The notes under the pieces are model-generated. The model worked only from the letters and a program-made list of their open reading frames with translations. It was not told the origin of the DNA and ran no database searches. DNA of 64,000 bases from contig CATNEN010000011.1 of assembly GCA_950097015.1 (NCBI GenBank), positions 3,224,001 through 3,288,000 of the forward strand, read 5' to 3'. The first letter of the stretch is position 1. Each line of letters opens with the position of its first letter. The translations under genes were made by a program, and so were the position numbers. Positions 24,926 to 36,170 of the stretch are shown here, piece by piece. The DNA is from Macrostomum hystrix. Taxonomy: Eukaryota; Animalia; Platyhelminthes.

Positions 24926-26657
24926 CTATTTCTTGTTGAGCTGCTCGCGAAGTCGTTTAGCCTGACTGTCCTCCTCTTCCGTGGTCTCGTGCGAGTGCTG
25001 CGCCAGCAGGTCGCTGCCGCGGGTGACGCCCCAGTTGTCCGGCCGGCTCATGGCAGCCGAGTACGGCCTGCCGCTGGACGGCTTGAGGCTCTCCCAGTAC
25101 TCGCGACTGGCTCTGGCGCGCAGCCACGGCTTCGTGCTCATCCGCATGCCGCCGCCCCACGGGATGTGCTTCTCGGAGCCGGCGGGCAGGCGACCTCCGC
25201 GCTCGGCGGACAGCTCCTCGGCCAGCGCCCGGATGTGGTAGGGCTCGAAGCCGCAGCAGCCGCCGATGTAGCGAACTCCCAGCTCGAAGGCAGCCCTGCG
25301 GCAGTGTGTTTTTATTTACATTCTCAACAGACTACTTAGGTACGGGTCGTCAGTAACAATTATCGAAAAACTAAAAAACATAGAATATGCAATATTCCTT
25401 TTAAAATGGATGGATTGCTAATCTACCCAAGTGTCTGTCATCGGATGGAATGGATTGCTAATCTATCCCAGTGTCTGTCATCGGATGGAATGGATTGCTA
25501 ATCTATCCCAGTGTCTGTCATCGTATGGAATGGATTGCTAATCTATGTCAGTGTCTGATATAGGATAGAATGGATTGCTAATCTATCCCAGTGTCTGATA
25601 TACTGGCCTTGCCATTCCGTGAGCGCAGAATGATAGGCCAGATTGTTGCTAAGCATGATTCTCGCTCTCACCTGGCGTAGCGGTGCATGTCCCAGCGGGT
25701 GCAGATGCGGCTCTCAAGGGCGAACGGAAACTCGGGCAGGTCGATGAAGCCCTGCTTGCCAGCGTCAGGAGTCATGTAGGCCAACGGCTGGCACATGAGG
25801 TGGGCCTTGAGATTCGCTCGCTCCAGTCCCTCCTTCATCAGCTTGACAGTCTCCAGGCTGACGAACGGGTCGAAGTGGCAGTTCACGCCGACAATCTTGG
25901 CTCCGGCGCGAACCAGACGGACGGCGCAGTCGCCAGCGGAGACTCCGTGCATGTCGCCCTGGGGTCCGATGCACATGCTGCAGGCCACGGGCACATTCAT
26001 CTCCAGGCCCACCTCGATGGCCCACTCGGCCTCTTCGACGTGCTCGAAGTACTCGCACAGGATGAAGTCGACGCCCTCGTCCCTGAATGTGCGCATCTGC
26101 GCCCTGAACACGGCCTGAATGGTGGCCTTGTCACCGCCGCTCAGGTAGGTCGGCGTCTGGCTGACACCGCCCAGGAACAGCGCGCCGCCTTCCTCGGCCA
26201 CCTCGCGAGCGATGCGACAGGCGGCTGAGTTGATGGCCGCGCACTGGAGACGGAATCGGAGGTGATTTTCGGATGATTTTCGGAAGGTCCATGTGAGGTC
26301 GGGAGTTCGAATCCCAGACGAAAGAAAACAAAATCTGGCCCAATCGGGGCCGGTGTCATCAATCCATGGACTCAAAAATGTGCTCACCCCAAACTTCTGC
26401 AGCGCCTGGTTGCCCCTATTTTCCAGTTTGTCCTCGCTGGCATAGTAAGTGAACGCCTGCATGACATCGGAGCCAGCTCGAAGGAATTCCCGATGCAGCT
26501 GTTTCACAGCTTCCGGATGTTCAACCACGGCCTCCGGAGTCCATGGTCCCGCCTGGACGAAGCCGCGTTTCTCCAACGCGAACACGAAGCCTCCGTCGCC
26601 AATGACGATTTCGCCGTTGTCAAGGCGCTCTAGAATTCCAGGGTTCTTGTTCGACAT
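24926..26657 (-). CDS. BHMT: BHMT copy 3, 403 aa; complement(join(24926..25295,25672..26243,26388..26657))
   Basis: Begins [15 protein letters not shown]; same two intron positions as copy 2; Zn ligands intact. Confidence 0.94.
25405..25600. repeat. 40-bp minisatellite x5 in BHMT-3 intron 2
   Basis: Duplicate of 19205..19400. Confidence 0.9.
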
Positions 26658-27229
26658 TTCTCGAGTCTCAAGCGGGTTGCTTTGAAATGTAAAAAATGAG
26701 AGACAAAAAATTGGTCGTTCAGTTCTGCGCAAATGGGAGTTGAAGATTTTCCGACTCACTGTTTTATCCCATGTGGGAACAAAGCAGGTTTATTTGCGCC
26801 TGTTCCGAAGTTCATATTTGTCCTACTCTAGAAAAACTCATTCCCATTGAATGATCTTATCGTGCACCTAAAATCTACGCTTGTGCAAAGCAGCCACGCG
26901 CCCCAGACCTGATGGAAAATTCCTATTCGGCCAATAAAAATTGGGATTGGGACATTGCTGAGTGCCAAACCAGTTGCTCGCCTCTTTTTACACAAAGCAG
27001 ACTTCCAACATGTTTAGAGCGAGCATGCCCGCAGTTTAAAAAATTGTCTCCATTATATTTCTTCCCTTGTTTTTATCTCCCGAACATAAATTGGGTTTCT
27101 CGTTCGAATAATATCTCGTTTTAATAAAGTTACATTATTATACACGATAATAATCGTCCTGCACAGAGACTCTACCACAATCTTTCCGATAATGGTATCA
27201 GAGTGATACCTCTACAATCCATTCTCGAC

Positions 27230-28190
27230 TTCTCACCCTCTCTCTCAGTCTCTCCATCTCACCCTCTCTCTCTCAGTCTCTCCATCTCACCCTCTCTCTC
27301 TCAGTCTCTCCATCTCACCCTCTCCCTCCAACTCTCTCCATCTTACCCTCCATCTCACCCCCTCTCTCTCAGTCTCTCCATCTCACCCTCTCTCTCAGTC
27401 TCTCCATCTCACCCTCTCTCTCAGTCTCTCCATCTCACCCTCTCTCTCTCAGTCTCTCCATCTCACCCTCTCTCTCAGTCTCTCCATCTCACCCTCTCTC
27501 TCAGTCTCTCCATCTCACCCTCTCTCTCTCAGTCTCTCCATCTCACCCTCTCTCTCTCAGTCTCTCCATCTCACCCTCTCTCTCAGTCTCTCCATCTCAC
27601 CCTCTCTCTCTCTCAGTCTCTCCATCTCACCCTCTCTCTCTCAGTCTCTCCATCTCACCCTCTCTCTCTCAGTCTCTCCATCTCACCCTCTCTCTCAGTC
27701 TCTCCATCTCACCCTCTCTCTCAGTCTCTCCATCTCACCCTCTCTCTCAGTCTCTCCATCTCACCCTCTCTCTCTCAGTCTCTCCATCTCACCCTCTCTC
27801 TCAGTCTCTCCATCTCACCCTCTCTCTCAGTCTCTCCATCTCACCCTCTCTCTCAGTCTCTCCATCTCACCCTCTCTCTCTCAGTCTCTCCATCTCACCC
27901 TCTCTCTCTCTCAGTCTCTCCATCTCACCCTCTCTCAGTCTCTCCATCTCACCCTCTCTCTCAGTCTCTCCATCTCACCCTCTCTCTCTCAGTCTCTCCA
28001 TCTCACCCTCTCTCTCAGTCTCTCCATCTCACCCTCTCTCTCAGTCTCTCCATCTCACCCTCTCCCTCCAACTCTCTCCATCTCACCCTCTCCCTCCAAC
28101 TCTCTCCATCTCACCCTCTCCCTCCAACTCTCTCCATCTCACCCTCTCCCTCCAACTCACTCCATCTCACCCTCCTCTCCCTCCAACTCT
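27230..28190. repeat. Pyrimidine-rich minisatellite (TCTCCATCTCACCC(TC)nAGTC), variable unit about 26-32 bp
   Basis: Directly visible; source of spurious 348-aa ORF. Confidence 0.93.
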
Positions 28191-28596
28191 CTACAGCTCT
28201 CTTAAACTCTCCATCGATCTCCTATTCCATCCCTCTTTGGTCACTTTAAATTAGTCCGTACCTGGCCCACCCGTGAAAAAAAAATTGTGACGACCTTTCT
28301 TGTCTTTATTTAAATCCCACTGCATCAAGACCACACAAAGACTGTTGGCAAAGTCTATCAAACAGCATTCACGCCTTTGCCATTGCCTGTGATATTCTAA
28401 TAGTACGCGTTTTTTCTCTACCTTAAAGCCTAAATTTCACGCCTGTTTTATCGTTCAGTTTATTGGCACAAAAAGCATCTAGTCAATTCGCTTCTAAAAG
28501 CTAAATCACATTACACCAGCTGGGAGTTCTGGTTCAATTGATCTCCAAGGCGTTTTAGATCCTGTTACGATAGATATAAATTACATACAGAAAACA

Positions 28597-28890
28597 CCCT
28601 CCCCTTCTGTCACCCTCCCCTTCTCTCACCCTCCCCTTCTGTCACCCTCCCCTTCTCTCACCCTCCCCTTCTCTCACCCTCCCCTTCTCTCACCCTCCCC
28701 TTCTTTCACCCTCCCCTTCTCTCACCCTCCCCTTCTCTCACCCTCCCCTTCTCTCACCCTCCCCTTCTCTCACCCTCCCCTTCTCTCACCCTCCCCTTCT
28801 CTCACCCTCCCCTTCTCTCACCTTCCCCTTCTCTCACCCTCCCCTTCTCTCACCCTCCCCTTTCTGTCACTCCCTTTCTCTCACCCTACC
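28597..28890. repeat. 16-bp polypyrimidine minisatellite (CACCCTCCCCTTCTCT)
   Basis: Directly visible. Confidence 0.92.
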
Positions 28891-29093
28891 CTAAGTCAAA
28901 CTGATTGAATCAGCTGTATCTGGCAATACCAATTTTATTGTTGCCGCTAAAATCGTAAAAATCTCAAGTCAACAGACATTTTTACAATTTTGAAGCTTTT
29001 TCTTCCGGAAGGCCTACGCCAGTTGTGCATTGTACTATTGCAAATTGCATCAACTTCTAAGTCCACTTCAGGTTCATTTAGCCCCTGACAGCG

Positions 29094-29125
<32 letters not shown>

Positions 29126-29849
29126 GGCAGAAGCTATCAAGTATCCCTAATGAATCAAATGCATTTTACAATTATTTCTAGAGCTAAGAGCTACGCTCGT
29201 ATATTGTTTCAACCCACCAAATAACTCCCCGTTCCTGGGACTATGAGGCGCGGGACGAAGTAGTTTATTGTTTGCTTTGAATTAAATTACCCGCAGTTTT
29301 TTGTCTGCGTTAGTTGCACGTACGTGACTCACTTTAAATGAGGCTACAGTTATTGTGGCTTATTTCGTAAGAAACCCAACACATATTAAAGTTCTTTCAG
29401 CAAAGTGTCTCGATCTCGATCAGCCGATCGATCTTCTTTTTTAGTTGACTGTCTATGGTATTTATCTTCTTTAGTCCTTGTCAATATACTTTTAGCGGAG
29501 TGTCTATGGCCATAATAGATCTTCTTTTAGTGGTTTCGTCTATGAGCTCCTATCAACCTTTCTATGGAAAGTATTCCGTTGTTAAATATTTTCTTTACGT
29601 AGGATGTCTATGGCCGATATCAATATGACTTTAACAGGGTCTGCGGCCCAAAACTTGTGACTTATTTTATTGTGATGTTTTGTCTCTTGAAACTATCTAT
29701 TTACATGTGTGATAGCTCTGTTGGTAAGAATTGTCTGATACTTCAGCTTCTAATGGTTAATGGAAGAACAAGAGAAAAACCGTGTCAACCGATTATAACC
29801 TAAAAATTGCCGATTGAGTGTGCAATGCCCTGTTAGATTGTTGCGTCAC

Positions 29850-32270
29850 CTATCGAATTTTGGAATCACCTGTTAAATTGTGAAGTCACCTGTTAGATTG
29901 TGGAGTCACCTGTTAGATTTTGGAGTCACCTGTTAGATTTTGGAGTCACCTGTTAGATTTTGGAATCACCTGTTTAATTGTGGAATCCCGTGTTAGATTG
30001 TGGAATCACCTGTTAGATTGTGGAGTCACCTGTTAGATTGTGGAGTCACCTGTTAGATTGTGGAATCCCATGTTAGATTGTGGAGTCACCTGTTAGATTG
30101 TGGAGTCACCTGTTAGATTGTGGAGTCACCTGTTAGATTGTGGAGTCACCTGTTAGATTGTGGAATCACCTGTTAGATTGTGGAATCACCTGTTAGATTG
30201 TGGAGTCACCTGTTAGATTGTGGAGTCACCTGTTAGATTGTGGAATCCCGTGTTAGATTGTGGAATCCCATGTTAGATTGTGGAATCACCTGTTAGATTG
30301 TGGAATCCCATGTTAGATTGTGGAATCCCATGTTAGATTGTGGAATCCCATGTTAGATTGTGGAATCCCATGTTAGATTGTGGAATCCCATGTTAGATTG
30401 TGGAATCCCATGTTAGATTGTGGAATCCCATGTTAGATTGTGGAATCCCATGTTAGATTGTGGAGTCACCTGTTAGATTGTGGAATCCCATGTTAGATTG
30501 TGGAATCCCATGTTAGATTGTGGAGTCACCTGTTAGATTGTGGAGTCACCTGTTAGATTGTGGAGTCACCTGTTAGATTGTGGAATCCCATGTTAGATTG
30601 TGGAATCCCATGTTAGATTGTGGAATCCCATGTTAGATTGTGGAGTCACCTGTTAGATTGTGGAGTCACCTGTTAGATTGTGGAGTCACCTGTTAGATTG
30701 TGGAGTCACCTGTTAGATTGTGGAGTCACCTGTTAGATTGTGGAGTCACCTGTTAGATTGTGGAATCCCATGTTAGATTGTGGAATCCCATGTTAGATTG
30801 TGGAATCCCATGTTAGATTGTGGAATCCCATGTTAGATTGTGGAATCCCATGTTAGATTGTGGAATCCCATGTTAGATTGTGGAATCCCATGTTAGATTG
30901 TGGAATCCCATGTTAGATTGTGGAATCCCATGTTAGATTGTGGAGTCACCTGTTAGATTGTGGAATCCCGTGTTAGATTGTGGAATCCCGTGTTAGATTG
31001 TGGAATCCCATGTTAGATTGTGGAATCCCATGTTAGATTGTGGAATCCCATGTTAGATTGTGGAATCCCATGTTAGATTGTGGAATCCCATGTTAGATTG
31101 TGGAATCCCATGTTAGATTGTGGAATCCCATGTTAGATTGTGGAGTCACCTGTTAGATTGTGGAATCCCGTGTTAGATTGTGGAATCCCATGTTAGATTG
31201 TGGAATCCCATGTTAGATTGTGGAATCCCATGTTAGATTGTGGAATCCCATGTTAGATTGTGGAATCCCATGTTAGATTGTGGAATCCCATGTTAGATTG
31301 TGGAGTCACCTGTTAGATTGTGGAATCCCGTGTTAGATTGTGGAATCCCGTGTTAGATTGTGGAATCCCATGTTAGATTGTGGAATCCCATGTTAGATTG
31401 TGGAATCCCATGTTAGATTGTGGAATCCCATGTTAGATTGTGGAATCCCATGTTAGATTGTGGAATCCCATGTTAGATTGTGGAATCCCATGTTAGATTG
31501 TGGAGTCACCTGTTAGATTGTGGAATCCCGTGTTAGATTGTGGAATCCCATGTTAGATTGTGGAATCCCATGTTAGATTGTGGAATCCCATGTTAGATTG
31601 TGGAATCCCATGTTAGATTGTGGAATCCCATGTTAGATTGTGGAATCCCATGTTAGATTGTGGAATCCCATGTTAGATTGTGGAATCCCATGTTAGATTG
31701 TGGAATCCCATGTTAGATTGTGGAATCCCATGTTAGATTGTGGAGTCACCTGTTAGATTGTGGAATCCCGTGTTAGATTGTGGAATCCCATGTTAGATTG
31801 TGGAATCCCATGTTAGATTGTGGAATCCCATGTTAGATTGTGGAATCCCATGTTAGATTGTGGAATCCCATGTTAGATTGTGGAATCCCATGTTAGATTG
31901 TGGAATCCCATGTTAGATTGTGGAATCCCATGTTAGATTGTGGAATCCCATGTTAGATTGTGGAATCCCATGTTAGATTGTGGAATCCCATGTTAGATTG
32001 TGGAGTCACCTGTTAGATTGTGGAATCCCGTGTTAGATTGTGGAATCCCATGTTAGATTGTGGAATCCCATGTTAGATTGTGGAATCCCATGTTAGATTG
32101 TGGAATCCCATGTTAGATTGTGGAATCCCATGTTAGATTGTGGAATCCCGTGTTAGATTGTGGAATCCCATGTTAGATTGTGGAATCCCGTGTTAGATTG
32201 TGGAATCCCATGTTAGATTGTGGAATCCCATGTTAGACTGTGCAAGGTCACCTGTTAGATTCTGAAGTCA
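29850..32270. repeat. 20-bp minisatellite with two unit types (TGTTAGATTGTGGAATCCCA / TGTTAGATTGTGGAGTCACC), about 120 copies
   Basis: Directly visible. Confidence 0.97.
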
Positions 32271-32595
32271 CATGTTTATATCCAAAGTACAATAAGAAAA
32301 TGTCCCTTATAAATTTGTTTTTAAGGTAAAGAGTGCTAATGCTGTTTATTAAATTTTATTTTCAATTGCAGTGAATATATAATAAAATTCAATGACGCAG
32401 TTATATTAGTTTAACATCTGCAGAAATGAAATCATCTACGAGCGTAGAGGGCAAACTAAAAGTACGTTTACAAAGACCAGGAGCAAGCGATAAGCTTGAA
32501 ATGACTCAAGCATAAAAATCTTTGTTCAATTGAGAATGAAACCTTATGGTCATGTAAATTGTAGGTCAACTAGAATTCATTGGTCCAGGCATCAT

Positions 32596-33201
32596 TCACT
32601 CAGTTCCAATGCTGCTGCCAAATAGCTGGCCAAAAACGCTGTCGCGATCTTCGGTGAAGAAATAATCGTTCATGCTGACCAGGTAGCTCTTTCTGTCCAG
32701 AGTCTCTTCAAATTCGTCGCACAGCAGCTCAAACAGCGGCTCTGAGAACTCCAAAGGCACGTTGAAGGCTAGTAGGAGGGTCTGAGCTTCGTCCAGCACC
32801 AGTCGGTTGTCCTGATTGGTGTCACAGGCCGTGAACATGTCCGACCAGCAGGACAGCCAGGCTTTGCGCACCTGACCGGAGATCTTCTCGTCCTGCAGCT
32901 TGGCCTCGAAGTCTGGCACAAAGGTGTCAGCTAATATCTTGCCGTCTCTCTGCATCATCGCCAGCATGCGAGTCAGGGCGTCCTTGAACAGCGCTTTGTT
33001 CTCCTCGCTCAGCTTGTCTCGAATGAACTTTAGCCAGCCGTTGAAAGTGACCAAGATCTTCTCCTGGTCGCTTTTGGAGCCATTGTGGGTCAGCTTTTTG
33101 ACGAATTCGATACATTTTGCTTTCTGAAGCGGCCCAACTACCGGCTTTGGCAGGCTGGCAACAATCGACTCAAAGTCCTGGGGCGGCTGCTGAGAAGTCA
33201 T
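32596..33201 (-). CDS. Sarcoplasmic calcium-binding protein (SCP)/calexcitin-like EF-hand protein, about 201 aa, intronless (likely start MTSQQ at 33201)
   Basis: One canonical EF loop (DTNQDNRLVLDE), an SCP-type C-terminus (DYFFTEDRDSVFGQLFG) and SCP-like length and helix spacing. Confidence 0.65.
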   Translation of the reverse strand: MTSQQPPQDFESIVASLPKPVVGPLQKAKCIEFVKKLTHNGSKSDQEKILVTFNGWLKFIRDKLSEENKALFKDALTRMLAMMQRDGKILADTFVPDFEAKLQDEKISGQVRKAWLSCWSDMFTACDTNQDNRLVLDEAQTLLLAFNVPLEFSEPLFELLCDEFEETLDRKSYLVSMNDYFFTEDRDSVFGQLFGSSIGTE

Positions 33202-33939
33202 TGGTGAAGCAATGCAGACTGGTTTTTTACTTGAGTTAGAGCTCGACTCAAGCGTCAGATGAAATTTGTGTGCCAAATTTTCTGGGGTCTTAAAATGCTA
33301 TAGGCTGGGTGTGTCTGAGGACGGAATTGGTCCGACCACCTCTGACCAATCTTCTCCCGCCGCCTGTCTTTTTCTAGCGCTTTTTCTACTCACCCCTTTC
33401 CAGTGTACTCTCGATCGCGTGTTGCCCCCCTCCATAGCGCATAGGCTCAGGTCAGACAGCTGCTAATTGGAAGAAAAGTTATAATAATTTAAAGTGTCCA
33501 TTATTTACCGCTTTTTAATTATGACCATTAATTTTGATTTCTCTGCGAGAAGTGCACACTGACTTTCAACCACTTTACTTTCGTACAGTCGATTTCATAT
33601 CTGAGTACAGGTGTTGAGTTAGACCTGAGTAGGAGACGGAGTGAGCGGTTGCCATTGACAACTAGATTTTCAGGTACAGAGAATACACCTGCGCTACGAG
33701 TGTACTCAACCAGCTGTAACAATGGAATGCAGTGGGTTTGGTGTGAGCCAGGTGAGAGAAAAATGGACTGTGTGTGGAAGACAGTGTACACCGAATGAGT
33801 GTACTCAAATTGTAAACAACTGAGAGCTACATTTGATTTGGTAAAGGCGACTTCTTCGCACTTTCTTTCGTTGTCTTGACTATCTGAAGGTAAGACTTCC
33901 ACATTCAGCAAGGGTTCATTTGAACCGTTTCACCAAGGA

Positions 33940-34719
33940 ATGTACACGGCTTGGAAAGCGACTCCAGCAAACGGAGCTGGTGCCAGTCTTCTCATTCCTG
34001 CCTCCGTGCGTCGATGGAATCTGCCTCCGGAGCTAATCCGTCGTTCATCGACACACGAGACAACGAAACTCGAATCCGAGAAGCCGCAGCGTCAGCCCAT
34101 TTGGCCGGAGGCGGAACTAGCACAAGCTCGTCTAGCTGAAGGATTCGAACACCTACTGCAGCTGATGCTTTTCACTGGAGAGAGCCGCCGGACAGTCCTG
34201 GCTCTGAGCAGAGACGACCTGATGACCTCTGTTGAGATCTGGTCTAATCGACTTACGCTTCCTAAAATTCGTCGACGACAATTGCGTCGATTGGCAAACG
34301 AGTTCTGGACCCTGCTCGACAGTTTGACTCTGGAGCAGACGACTAAGTCGACGTCAGCAGCGGACAGTCGATGGCCATCGATAACTCCGGCAGCTCTAGC
34401 AGCCGGTCTGCGTCAGAGAATTCACAGTCGGCTGGACTTTCTGACTCTCCGACGAAGCCTGCTAAGATTTGCGGCTGACGCGTTTGCGTTGATATCGGAG
34501 GCTGGGGTTGACACCGAATGGACGCCGCGTCTCCTGCAGGCTCTGACAGCGGAGACCGCGAATGTTGGACAACTAGAAGCGCTTCGGGCCGCCCTGGCTG
34601 AAGCGAATAACAGCGTCGATCGCAACGGCCGTGGCGGTGGAGGCGTCGACAGAGGACGTGAATTTAGTCGACTAAACAGAGAAACCTGGCTGAGAATGGT
34701 ACATGCCCAGTTCTTTTGA
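33940..34719 (+). CDS. Hypothetical helical protein, 259 aa; possibly a highly degenerate SCP/EF-hand fold
   Basis: 780-nt GC-rich ORF in AT-rich surroundings; no motif recognised with certainty. Confidence 0.55.
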   Translation: MYTAWKATPANGAGASLLIPASVRRWNLPPELIRRSSTHETTKLESEKPQRQPIWPEAELAQARLAEGFEHLLQLMLFTGESRRTVLALSRDDLMTSVEIWSNRLTLPKIRRRQLRRLANEFWTLLDSLTLEQTTKSTSAADSRWPSITPAALAAGLRQRIHSRLDFLTLRRSLLRFAADAFALISEAGVDTEWTPRLLQALTAETANVGQLEALRAALAEANNSVDRNGRGGGGVDRGREFSRLNRETWLRMVHAQFF

Positions 34720-34824
34720 CGATTTATTGTTGTCTTTCAGTACCAATTCAATTTTTGATTTGTAAGTTCTCTTGTGACACACTTGTACGCTTGCATGTTT
34801 GAAGATTTAGATTCTGGAAGGCTG

Positions 34825-34885
34825 CAGTAGCACACACGCACACAGGTGTGTACACAGTCCCTGACTTTCTCATCGTCAGGCAGTG
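34825..34885 (-). mobile_element. SINE family B fragment
   Basis: CACACAGGTGTGTACA...GACTTTCTCATCGTCAGGCAGT matches about 20190..20240. Confidence 0.55.
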
Positions 34886-35194
34886 TGGCCAGGCAGTATT
34901 TTTTATGGAATTTGAGTCTACAATGTTCTGTAAAACGTAGCATAACAAAACCTTATTGCTACGGGTTCCATATTTCATGCTGGAAACGAATTTACTTTTT
35001 GAAATAATAATAAAATATACATTTTGGTCTTGCTTTTAGTCAGCTGGTTATATTTTTGTAATTCACCAGTAGCTTTTGGCGAATAAAATTCTATAAAGCT
35101 GCTGTTTTCAAAAGAAGGTTTCGATTAAGTTAAATCAAAGTTAATTACTGCATTCGCAATTTTGAAAATATGACTCTGTAGAGATTCCTTGCTA

Positions 35195-36140
35195 GTTGAT
35201 CTAACAGGTTGGTCTGACAGGTTTGTCTAACAGGTTGGTCTAACAGGTTGGTCTACCAGGTTGATCTAACATATTGGTCTAACAAGTTGGTCTAACAGGT
35301 TGGTCTAACAGGTTGGTCTACCAGGTTGATCTAACATATTGGTCCAACAAGTTGGTCTAACAGGTTGGTCTAACAATTTCATCTAACATGTTGGTCTCAC
35401 AAGTTGGTCTAACAGGTTGGTCTGACAGGTTGGTCTAACAGGTTGATCTAACATTTCGATCTAACAGGTTGGTCTAAGAGGTTGATCTAACATTTCGATC
35501 TAACAGGTTGGTCTAACAGGTTGATCTAACATTTCGATCTAACAGGTTGGTTTAACAGGTTGATCTAACATTTCGATCTAACAGGTTGGTCTAACAGGTT
35601 TGTCTAACAGGTTGATCTAACAGGTTGGTCTGACAGGTTGGTCTAACAGGTTAGTCTAACAGGTTGGTCTACCAGGTTGATCTAACAGGTTGATCTAACA
35701 TGTTGGTCTAACAGGTTGGTCTAACAGGTTGGTCTAACAGGTTGATCTAACAGGTTGATCTTCCAGGTTAGTCTAACAGGTTGGTCTAACAGGTTGGTCT
35801 AACAGGTTGGTCTAACAGGTTGGTCTAACAGGTTGGTCTAACAGGTTGGTCTAACAGGTTGGTCTAACAGGTTGGTCTAACAGGTTGGTCTAACAGGTTG
35901 GTCTAACAGGTTGGTCTAACAGGTTGGTCTTCCAGGTTAGTCTAACAGGTTGGTCTAACAGGTTGGTCTAACAGGTTGGTCTAACAGGTTGGTCTAACAG
36001 GTTGGTCTAACAGGTTGGTCTAACAGGTTGGTCTAACAGGTTGGTCTAACAGGTTGGTCTAACAGGTTGGTCTAACATGTTGGTCTAACAGGTTGGTCTA
36101 ACAGGTTGGTCTAACAAGTTGGTCTAACAAGTTGGTCTGA
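35195..36140. repeat. 13-bp minisatellite (GGTCTAACAGGTT), about 70 copies
   Basis: Directly visible; lies just past the stop of the synaptotagmin-like gene. Confidence 0.95.
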
Positions 36141-36170
36141 AGGGTTTTAAAGATTTGAAAAGTCCAACAC

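Noticed and set aside
18730-26657. BHMT-2 and BHMT-3 as uncollapsed alleles of one gene
   Set aside because: Exon 1, intron 1 and both flanks are too divergent or unalignable for alleles. Still worth confirming with long reads.
27203-28249. 348-aa Ser/Leu/His ORF and similar repeat ORFs (15518, 16429, 20597, 44977, 46232, 50061, 59929, 62698)
   Set aside because: All are translations of minisatellites, mostly inside introns.
29030-29224. Short ORF containing a (CAG)n tract
   Set aside because: Starts at TTG, has no homology signal and is explained by a microsatellite.
8567-32270. Long regular arrays as CRISPR loci
   Set aside because: Units are head-to-tail with no unique spacers, no cas genes are present, and the DNA is eukaryotic with spliceosomal introns.
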